Of a stretch of 39,386 bases of DNA, positions 18,588 to 26,600 are shown in pieces. Location of the stretch: positions 1 through 39,386 of the forward strand of contig DASZLH010000118.1 in NCBI GenBank assembly GCA_035552495.1. The letters run 5' to 3'. Position 1 is the first letter of the stretch; each line of letters opens with the position of its first letter. The notes under the pieces are model-generated. The model worked only from the letters and a program-made list of their open reading frames with translations. It had not been told where the DNA came from and searched no databases. The translations under genes and the position numbers were made by a program. This DNA is from Candidatus Kapaibacterium sp. (GTDB lineage: Bacteria > Bacteroidota > Ignavibacteria > Palsa-1295).

Positions 18588-19436
18588 TTAAAACGACACA
18601 ACTTCGCCGACTTTGAATCCTTTTGGAGTACTTTCTATTCGCGTGAGCGCGCTTTCTGGATCGTGCTCGAAAAACAAGAGCCATTTTTCTTCGTAGGCGC
18701 GGGGTAGCAGACTTCGTTTTTCTTCCAGAGTCGTTAATGGGAAATTATCGTAACCCATAATCCAGGGCAAATTCACATGCGCTTTTGTAGGGAAGAGATC
18801 GGCGCAGAAAAAGACATGATGGCCGGCATCGTCGTAGATATGCGGTAATTGTTGTGCGCGAGTGTGTCCGTTAAAAATGCGCAGCTCGATCCCGGGAAGA
18901 ATTTCGCCGTCGCCATCGAGCGTTTCAAGCATACCATTGGCCGCGATGGGCTCCCAATCATCCTTCAGATAACTCGCGCGATCTTTTTCCGTTGGATTTC
19001 TCGCCCAGGCAAGATTTTCTTTTTGCACGAATACTTTTGCGTTGGGGAAAGTCGGTTCGAGGGCGCCTGACGTGCTCCGAGTCACCAATCCGCCGCAATG
19101 ATCGAAATGAAGATGAGTCTGAATGATGTGGGTTATATCCTTTGCCTCCAACCCCATTTGTTGAAGCGAATGTAACAACGTAAATTTCGTATGATCGAGT
19201 TTGTAGATCGATTTGGTTTTATCATCGTACTTGCTTCCCATGCCGGTATCGATCAGGATATTCATGCCGTCACCCTGCACAAGCAATGCGCGAAGAGCCA
19301 TTTCGATACGATTCTGATCGTCAGCCGGGTTCGTCCGCGACCACAGATTTTTCGGCACAACGCCGAACATAGCCCCGCCATCGAGCGCGAAGCGGCCAGT
19401 TTCGATAGGGGAGAGTGTATAAGGTCCGATGGTCAT
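18588..19436 (-). CDS. MBL-fold metallo-hydrolase
   Basis: 282 aa with an HxHxDH motif (THLHFDHCGG). ATG at 19436. Confidence 0.85.
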   Translation of the reverse strand: MTIGPYTLSPIETGRFALDGGAMFGVVPKNLWSRTNPADDQNRIEMALRALLVQGDGMNILIDTGMGSKYDDKTKSIYKLDHTKFTLLHSLQQMGLEAKDITHIIQTHLHFDHCGGLVTRSTSGALEPTFPNAKVFVQKENLAWARNPTEKDRASYLKDDWEPIAANGMLETLDGDGEILPGIELRIFNGHTRAQQLPHIYDDAGHHVFFCADLFPTKAHVNLPWIMGYDNFPLTTLEEKRSLLPRAYEEKWLLFFEHDPESALTRIESTPKGFKVGEVVSF

Positions 19437-19470
19437 TAAGTCCTAAGTCCTGAGTCCTGAAGTCCTAAGT
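19437..19470. repeat. heptamer array (TRAGTCC x4-5); arm of the inverted repeat flanking the four-helix-bundle gene
   Basis: The sequence taagtcctaagtcctgagtcctgaagtcctaagt starts at the base next to the MBL ATG. Confidence 0.8.
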
Positions 19471-19472
19471 AA

Positions 19473-19850
19473 TTATTCTTTTGGTCTCCAACGTTGGATG
19501 CTATCGCGAAGGCCATTTACAATTCGACCGACCTCTTCAGTTTCGGCTTTTAATCTATTAAAGGCTTCCTGATCTATGTAGCCTACATCTAACGCTGCAT
19601 ACAACAAAGAACGTACTTCACCGCAGGAGCCTTTGGCTACGGAAAGAAACTGATGAAATTCTCCGGGTCTGTTTCGCTCAAAACCTTCGGCAACATTGGA
19701 CATAATTGAGACTGCTGCTGACTGAATTTGACCGCAGAGTTTAAAATCACGAGCGAACATTCCAATCCGAGTAGCTGAGTAAACATTTCCCATCAACTGT
19801 CGTGCTTTCTGCCAAGCAATTAAATCCTCGAACTTTTCGATTTTAGCCAT
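19473..19850 (-). CDS. four-helix-bundle protein (23S rRNA intervening-sequence protein / Avd-like family)
   Basis: About 125 aa from ATG 19850. The sequence MAKIEKFEDLIAWQKARQL...CGQIQSAAVSIMSNVAEGFER...FLSVAKGSCGEVRSLLY matches my recollection of this family. The ORF-track start at 19868 is a GTG inside the flanking repeat. Confidence 0.8.
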   Translation of the reverse strand: MAKIEKFEDLIAWQKARQLMGNVYSATRIGMFARDFKLCGQIQSAAVSIMSNVAEGFERNRPGEFHQFLSVAKGSCGEVRSLLYAALDVGYIDQEAFNRLKAETEEVGRIVNGLRDSIQRWRPKE

Positions 19851-19860
19851 TTCGAATTCA

Positions 19861-19892
19861 CTTAGCACTCAGGACTTTAGCACTCAGGACTT
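19861..19892. repeat. heptamer array; opposite arm of the inverted repeat flanking the four-helix-bundle gene
   Basis: The reverse complement of cttagcactcaggactttagcactcaggactt aligns with 19437-19470 at about 27 of 33 columns by hand alignment. It ends at the base next to the ferredoxin stop. Confidence 0.75.
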
Positions 19893-20237
19893 CTACCGCT
19901 TCCTGCCCGGATCGACTTCATCGAGCCATGCAACCTTGGCTTCGAGTTGTTCGCGGGGCTCGACCCAATTCGGATCGGGTACGCAGCAATCGACGGGGCA
20001 AACGGCTGCGCACTGCGGTTCATCGTGAAATGTGGTGCATTCGGTGCATTTATCGGGCACAATATAGAAATAATCGGACGAGAAAAATCCTACGGCTCCG
20101 CTCGGGGCGGGATCGTTTGGTCCATAGGTCTGACCGCCGAGTGTCCAGTTCGCGCCACCTTCATAAATTGCGTTATTGGGACATTCCGGCTCGCATGCAC
20201 CGCAATTGATGCATTCAGTCGTGATCATAATAGCCAT
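19893..20237 (-). CDS. 2x[4Fe-4S] dicluster ferredoxin
   Basis: 114 aa with CINCGACEPECP and CTECTT...CAAVCP motifs. A good Shine-Dalgarno (agaggag) lies upstream of ATG 20237. Confidence 0.85.
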   Translation of the reverse strand: MAIMITTECINCGACEPECPNNAIYEGGANWTLGGQTYGPNDPAPSGAVGFFSSDYFYIVPDKCTECTTFHDEPQCAAVCPVDCCVPDPNWVEPREQLEAKVAWLDEVDPGRKR

Positions 20238-20436
20238 TGATTTTCTCCTCTTCTATTCTAATAATTCTTGTTTGCTTCTCCGATAAACGGGCGACATTTT
20301 TTAAGCGGCGATGTAACAGTGAGATGCGGCTAAGAGTTTTTAGGAGATATATCGCCTATTTTAAATACCAAGAGATTACTTCCCGCTTTCAAAGGGGAAC
20401 GGGAAAATAGCCCATGCCGTTAACCCCGCGCCATTA

Positions 20437-20504
20437 GGGAAAATATGAAATATGAAAAAGAGAGATGAGGAAGCTCATTCATATTTCATATTTCATATTT
20501 TCCC
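20437..20504. repeat. long hairpin with TATGAAA-heptamer arms, 4 nt upstream of tRNA-Ile
   Basis: gggaaaatatgaaatatgaa (20437-20456) is the exact reverse complement of ttcatatttcatattttccc (20485-20504). This gives a 20-bp perfect stem with a 28-nt loop. Confidence 0.9.
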
Positions 20505-20508
20505 ACCG

Positions 20509-20582
20509 GGGCCTATAGCTCAGTTGGTTAGAGCGTCCGCCTGATAAGCGGGAGGTCAGTGGTTCAACTCCACTTAGGCCCA
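20509..20582 (+). tRNA. tRNA-Ile (anticodon GAU)
   Basis: Hand-folded cloverleaf: acceptor gggccta/taggccc, D arm gctc-agttggtta-gagc, anticodon loop ctGATaa, T arm agtgg-ttcaact-ccact. CCA is not encoded. Confidence 0.9.
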
Positions 20583-20588
20583 CGATTA

Positions 20589-20650
20589 GCAAATATGAAG
20601 TATGAAATATGAAACGGTCACCATACCGAATTTTCATATTTCATATTTGC
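20589..20650. repeat. long hairpin with TATGAAA-heptamer arms, 6 nt upstream of tRNA-Ala
   Basis: gcaaatatgaa[gtatgaa]atatgaaa pairs with tttcatatttcatatttgc, giving 19 bp with one 7-nt (one-unit) bulge. The arms use the same heptamer as 20437..20504. Confidence 0.85.
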
Positions 20651-20656
20651 CGACCG

Positions 20657-20729
20657 GGGCCCTTAGCTCATCTGGTAGAGCGATAGATTTGCATTCTATA
20701 GGTAAGGGGTTCGAGTCCCCTAGGGTCCA
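20657..20729 (+). tRNA. tRNA-Ala (anticodon UGC)
   Basis: Hand-folded cloverleaf: acceptor gggccct/agggtcc including the G3:U70 alanine identity pair, anticodon loop ttTGCat, T arm ggggttcgagtcccc. Confidence 0.9.
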
Positions 20730-20838
20730 CAATTCGTTTAGTCCTGTTTTCCTCTCTCTCATTCTCTGCTTTATTTGCAAGATCAAGCGTAGATCGGCAT
20801 GAAAAGTGTTGGCTCATCGGAAGCTATTCTTTTCAATA

Positions 20839-21678
20839 ATGCGATCTAAATCCGTTCTCCTCGCACTTCTTATTATTATTACATTCAGCAATTCTGCCTT
20901 TGCGCAGCGTTACGCGGCGAATGTTCTCTATTCCGATCATCCGTTGCCGATTTATATCGGAATAGATGTTGGCGCCGGACTTACGACCTGGCAGCACGCT
21001 ACTCCGACCTACTTCGCGACACAATATCCCTATTCGAGCGATACGATCCACGCCTGGTTTCCTAATGGAGCAAAGCCTTTGTTCGGATTTTTCGCGGGAA
21101 TCTCCGCCGATTTTTGGCTCAGCGAGAATTGGGGCATTATAGCGAAGCTCAATTATAATGAACGGCGCGGAAACTGGAACGCCACAGCTATTACACAGGG
21201 TGATAGTCTCGGCTTTTTAGAAAATGTGCCGGTTACCAACGATCTGACCTGGATGCTCCGGTGTGTATCACTCGAAGCGTATGCGCGATATAAATTTACA
21301 AGCCTCAGCGATTTTTATGTCGGCGCTGGGCTTGCTCTGACAGATATTGTAAGCGATCACTACGATCTCACACAGACGCTGGGCGGTCCGCCGGAGTTCA
21401 CATTCGAGCACGCCGGAACGGCGGTTCGATCGTATAGCGTCGGCGGCTCGCTCTCCTCGGAACTTGCCTCCATGTTTGGAGAGGTAAAATTGCTTGCGGG
21501 GTTTCCGTTTTACATTGGAAACCGCTGGGTACTTGCGCCGGAAGTGACGCTCGGAATTCCGATCACCTCCGTTTGGAATTCATCCGCAAAAGCGGATTAT
21601 CTGGCCAATGGAATTACCGATCCTCCAACTCCGCTGACGATAAGCGGGATGATTACTCTTCGCTATCAGATTCGATAG
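20839..21678 (+). CDS. outer-membrane beta-barrel (porin/opacity-like) protein
   Basis: ATG 20839 gives the signal peptide MRSKSVLLALLIIITFSNSAFAQ. The remainder is rich in alternating aromatic/Gly beta-strand patterns. The ORF-track start at 20806 is GTG. Confidence 0.55.
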   Translation: MRSKSVLLALLIIITFSNSAFAQRYAANVLYSDHPLPIYIGIDVGAGLTTWQHATPTYFATQYPYSSDTIHAWFPNGAKPLFGFFAGISADFWLSENWGIIAKLNYNERRGNWNATAITQGDSLGFLENVPVTNDLTWMLRCVSLEAYARYKFTSLSDFYVGAGLALTDIVSDHYDLTQTLGGPPEFTFEHAGTAVRSYSVGGSLSSELASMFGEVKLLAGFPFYIGNRWVLAPEVTLGIPITSVWNSSAKADYLANGITDPPTPLTISGMITLRYQIR

Positions 21679-21715
21679 TGCTATCAGATTCGATAAAGCA
21701 ATCAGATTCGATAAT
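21662..21715. repeat. 18-nt tandem triplication spanning the stop codon of the preceding gene
   Basis: The copies are gctatcagattcgatagt / gctatcagattcgataaa / gcaatcagattcgataat. Confidence 0.85.
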
Positions 21716-21726
21716 ATAGAATTCCG

Positions 21727-23256
21727 ATGAAGCCCTTTACATTACTCTTGCTGGCAATCGTATTTTCGGCTTGCGCTGCGAGCCATCAAGGTGCAATACT
21801 TTCAGAAAATCAAGTCAAGCACCACCCGGAAGTCGTCGTTGCGCATTTGGGTGGCGATGTCAATACGAGTTCGGACGATTTTGCGCTTGTCCCGGGACCT
21901 GCAGGGCTATACTCCTATCTTACCAGCGATCGTTCCGGCGGCGCGGGCAGGCAGGACCTCTATGTAGCGCGCGTGCCACTTTCGGCGATCCAGGCTAATC
22001 AGTCCGGTAATTTTAATTCTATTCGTGAAATCAATACCAGCGAAAACGAAGGATGCGCGACCTTCACGCCGGATGGCAACACGATGATCTTTGCTGCCGC
22101 CGGACGATCGGATGGACTTGGCTCGAGCGATCTCTATCAAGCCGACCTTATCAACGGTACGTGGCAAAATACCCGCAATCTTACAGCGCTCAATACGAGC
22201 AGTTGGGAATCGCAGCCCAGTCTTTCTTCCGATGGCAAAACGTTATACTTCGTCAGTAACCGGCCGGGTGGTTATGGCGGGCAGGATATTTACGTCTCGA
22301 CGCGCGTCGGGGATAACTGGACAACGCCACAGAATCTCGGTCCCATTGTAAACTCCGCAGGAATGGAAGCATCGCCGTTTATCGCTGCCGATAACAATAC
22401 GCTTTATTTTTCCAGTAATGGACATCCCGGACTTGGCGGTTACGATGTATATGTCACGCATAATACGGGCGGTGTTTGGTCGCAGCCGGAAGATGCGGGC
22501 GTGCCAATTAATAGTGCGGCGGACGATCTATTCTATAGCGCCGAATTGGGTACGCAGCACGCATTCCTCGCGTCCAACAGGTCGGGTACATTAGGCGATC
22601 TCGATATTTTTTCTGTCGAGCCAAATCCATTTCCGCCCGGTGGCGTGACGATCGTTCGAGGTTTCGTTCGTGATGCAATGACGCGACAACCGCTCTCAGC
22701 AGATATTACGATCACCAATCTGCAGTCGGGCGAAGAAGTAGCGAGGTTTCGTTCTGCCGATAGCACGGGGTTATATCTGGTCGTGCTTCAGCCGGGTCAG
22801 ACCTATTCCATTACGGCGCAGGCCGAAGGCTATCTGTTCTATTCGGACGTCTATCCCGTGACGAGCGATACCAATGTGTCGTTGCGTCACGATATCGATT
22901 TGAACCCCACGCTCTCGGGCAAGACGCGCTTGCTTGTTTTTTTCGATTTTAATTCTTCGGTATTGAAGAAGGAGTCTTTTCCCGATCTCAATCGCGCCGT
23001 TACACTGCTAAAGAATAATCCGAATATGAGCGTGACCGTCGCCGGTTATACCGATTCGATCGGCTCCGCGGAATTCAATCTTAAACTAAGCGATGCCCGT
23101 GCCCGCTCCGTGCTCGATTATCTGATTACGCATGGCATTCCCGCTTCTCGTGTCCAAGCGATCGGTTACGGCGAAAGCAATCCGATCGCTACCAATGAGA
23201 CGGACGAAGGCCGCGCGATGAACCGCCGCGTCGAATTCCAGGTGCGCACGAAATAG
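21727..23256 (+). CDS. OmpA-family lipoprotein with TolB-like (PD40) repeats
   Basis: Has a lipoprotein-like signal (LLLAIVFSACAAS) and repeated ...DGKTLYFVSNRPGGYGGQDIYV... units. The C-terminal OmpA_C domain reads AGYTDSIGSAEFNLKLSDARARSV...NRRVEFQV. Confidence 0.85.
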   Translation: MKPFTLLLLAIVFSACAASHQGAILSENQVKHHPEVVVAHLGGDVNTSSDDFALVPGPAGLYSYLTSDRSGGAGRQDLYVARVPLSAIQANQSGNFNSIREINTSENEGCATFTPDGNTMIFAAAGRSDGLGSSDLYQADLINGTWQNTRNLTALNTSSWESQPSLSSDGKTLYFVSNRPGGYGGQDIYVSTRVGDNWTTPQNLGPIVNSAGMEASPFIAADNNTLYFSSNGHPGLGGYDVYVTHNTGGVWSQPEDAGVPINSAADDLFYSAELGTQHAFLASNRSGTLGDLDIFSVEPNPFPPGGVTIVRGFVRDAMTRQPLSADITITNLQSGEEVARFRSADSTGLYLVVLQPGQTYSITAQAEGYLFYSDVYPVTSDTNVSLRHDIDLNPTLSGKTRLLVFFDFNSSVLKKESFPDLNRAVTLLKNNPNMSVTVAGYTDSIGSAEFNLKLSDARARSVLDYLITHGIPASRVQAIGYGESNPIATNETDEGRAMNRRVEFQVRTK

Positions 23257-23378
23257 GGCATACAATGTTCGGTTCTTTCTCCGGCCTGAATTGCGGGCAT
23301 TGCGTCGCTCCGCGACTTACTACCCTTTGATTAACAGTCATGTACTTTACGTTGGGGCGTAACGGCACCTGCTTTTGG

Positions 23379-23464
23379 ACCAGGCTGAGGTTCGAATACT
23401 CACTCTGATTTGAAAAATGGTGACCTGCTGATTACGAATCAACGGCTCTACCAATGGGCCTGAA
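23379..23464 (-). pseudogene. degenerate tRNA-Thr(CGU)-like relic
   Basis: The minus strand reads ttggtagagccgttgattCGTaatcagcaggtc, i.e. a D-loop, an intact anticodon arm and a variable loop typical of tRNA-Thr. The D stem is defective, about 19 nt are inserted before a weak TTCGAA T-loop, and the acceptor pairs only 6 bp. Confidence 0.3.
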
Positions 23465-23620
23465 TTTGTTGCGGCCCTGAACTGCGTGTACACCGACGAT
23501 TCGAGACTGTGTCCTCACAAATCTTTGATGTGTTGCAAATGGCCATTGTTAGCTGCTAAATCATTCAGCTTGCTGTTCCAGCAAATTACGGCCAATAGTT
23601 GTGATGCATAGTAAAATGAT

Positions 23621-26600
23621 CTATTCCTCTTCTTCAATATATCCTCGAGCTGGCAGGTCAATGAAGAAAGTAGTGCCGTGCCCCGGTTTACTTTCGACAC
23701 GAATGGAGCCGGACATGTCGGTGATCGTCTTCTTCACGATAGCAAGCCCGAGCCCCATGCCACTGGTCTTTGTCGAGAAGTTCGGATCGAAGGCGCGCTT
23801 GAGGGTCTGCTCGCTCATACCGCTGCCGGTATCGCTAAGTCGAACGTGGATCATTCCACGGTCTTCAGGCTGATCGCCGAGGCGAGCCCGTATGATGATG
23901 ATGCCCCATCCTTCGATCGCTTGGACAGCATTGCGCAGCAGATTGACAAAAGCTCGGCGAAGTTCTTCCTCATCGGAGTGGACGAACGGCATATCGCGTG
24001 GAACATCTATGATAAACCGAATGCGGCTTCGCTCGGCATCGAAGAGCGCGACGGCGCTATCGGCAACCGTGCGGAGCGAGACCGGTCCCCATTTGCGACG
24101 CGGCATTGCACCGAAGCGGGAGAATTCCGTAGCGATTCGCGTCAGCACGTCGATCTGTTCGCTCATCGTTCGAATGACACGTCGAAAGATCGAATTGAAG
24201 TTAGGGTCTTTCGATTCATGGGCATGTTCTAAATGCTGGACCGAGAGTTTCATCGGCGTCAGCGGATTCTTAATCTCATGAGCGACCTGCCGGGCCATTT
24301 CCTTCCATGCAAATTCCCGTTCGGTCTGGGCTACAATTTCGCGGCTTTTCTCGAGTTCACGGGTCATCGCATTAAATGCCTGCATTAGCTCGCCAATTTC
24401 ATCATCACGATTGACCGGAATGGACGTCTTCAGCTTGCCTTTTGCAACACGCTCGGTCGCAGCGATAAGCGTTAGAATCGGCGATGCGACCCGTGCTGCA
24501 AATAGGGCGCCGATGCCGAGGAGCACCAGTCCCAATGCGGCGAATGTGCCATAGATGAAGCTTGTCGTTCGAGCGATCTGGCTCTCGATGCGAGGCTGCT
24601 CGTCCATGGTTGCGAGACTAATGACTGCCAGTAACTTTGTTCCAGCAAGTGAGGTAACGGGTTGATAACCAGCCTCGTAGGTCTCTGTGCCAATGTGGAT
24701 TGGCTCCGTGTAAAATGACCGCTTGCCGAGCACAACTTCTCGCATGGCGTTCGAGCTAAGATTATTAGCAAGTAGAGACGATTCGTATAACTCGGGACGG
24801 CTGCTTGCCCGGAGCAATCCGCCGGCATCGTACACACTGAAATCGCGTCCAATAATCTGAGAAAGATCTTCAACACGCACATCCAAGTCGGAGCCAAATA
24901 CTCCGGAGGTGTTTGTGCTCTCGATCTGGCGTGAAATGCGATCTTTAATCACGGAAGCATCGCGAGCGAGCCGTTCCTGCTGTTCGACAAGAGCACGCTC
25001 GCTAAGCAAGGTACGAGTAACGTTCGTTACCACTACGAGTGGGACTAGTGCAATAAGTAAAACGATGAGAAAAATTCGATCGCGAAAGCGAAGGGTAAAA
25101 CGAATGCGTCGTGTTACAACCTGGCGGACGACGAGCAAAACAAGCACGATGAGCGTTCCATATACCAGTCCTATGGCATTGAGGCGGAGCGCAAATTCCA
25201 TGATGTTGCCGGAAGTTGGTTCTGGTACGCTAACGGTAATGATTACAGATTTTCCAGTTGTATCAGGTTTGGATGTTGCCCGATAATAAAGCGTCTGATA
25301 TCGGATGCCCCCGATTGTCGTGGTGCTCCATAAACTTTGTATCGTTTGGAGTCGTCGCTCCAAATTGGAAGGTATCGTTGCAGGGACATCCAGCGAAGGT
25401 GCATTTGTAACTCGACGTGCATTTGGGCGATATTGAGCAACAATAAATCCACCGTCGGTAAGCAGGTCATTGGTTGTGGGATCGGTTGATGACCGACCAC
25501 TCAGAAGATCAAAACTCGATCGAGATACGGTGAGTGCAGGAAGATCGCTCCAGAGAGAGACCGTCACAAGAAGTGGCGATCGGTTTTGTAATACATTTGG
25601 TACCGGCGAAACAGATGTGGGCACAGTATGATACATTGTAGGCTGCTCACTATAGTGATTCAAGGGTGAAGCCGGCGGGGGATTAAAGCGAAGGCCGCCA
25701 ACAATTGCTGGCGTGCAAGAGCCCGTAAAACACGGCACGACTTCGAGCGATACATTCAATGTACTATCGCTCGTTGCATAGGTGCGAATGCGCTGCTCCA
25801 GGGAATCCGTCGCAATGTGTAGACGAGGTATTTCTTCTGCTGCTCCGAGTGTAGCGAAGTGTGATTGTGTGCGATTCTGTGCATCGCGAACATCGACAAT
25901 TGCATTCCATTGAGGATGTTCGCGAAGACTTGCAAGCCAAATGAGGAACGCTTGCTGACGGAGAGTTACCGTGTCATGTCCTGCTGAATACCATTCGCCG
26001 AGTCGTCCGCGTGCTTCGCGGAGCATATCGGCTGCGGCGGTTTCCAATTCCGGAGTATCGACGCGTGCGTTCTCTTCAACGACGCGTTGTGCAATGTCAC
26101 GATCGGAAGTCAGTTGCTTCCGAGCTACGAGTGGACTCATTACAATAGCGCTACCCGCTAAAATAAAGAGGATGGATCGGCTTGATCGTGGAAGTTTGTA
26201 TAAAAATGATGGTCCCTGCTCGACCGAATTGCGGGCAAGTGCGTCGATCAGAATAATCGAAAGACTGATCGCAAAAGTCATTACCGTGAGAGGAACCCGA
26301 TAATTTAGTTCAACGCCCGATAATGCGACTTCATCGAGTACCGCGACTGCAAGACTGGATAAGCCTGCGAAAATTACAACCCCCAAAATAATTCGAGGAA
26401 GGAATCGCAGCCTTTTCGGAAGAAGAAAAATCGTGCTCCGAAGAGCAAACGTCAATACTAAGGACGTTACAAAAAGATACGTGACGCCCAGGCCCAATAA
26501 CGAAAGCAACATCATCAACATGGGAGGAGAGGGAAGCACTTGCTTTACTGCAAGATAATGCATTCCTCCATTATTGACGATGGACTCTACTACAGCACTG

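Noticed and set aside
20238-20840. Remnants of 16S 3' end or 23S 5' end next to the Ile/Ala tRNAs
   Set aside because: I found no anti-Shine-Dalgarno-type 16S terminus or 23S-like sequence by eye. A covariance-model scan would be needed to exclude short fragments.
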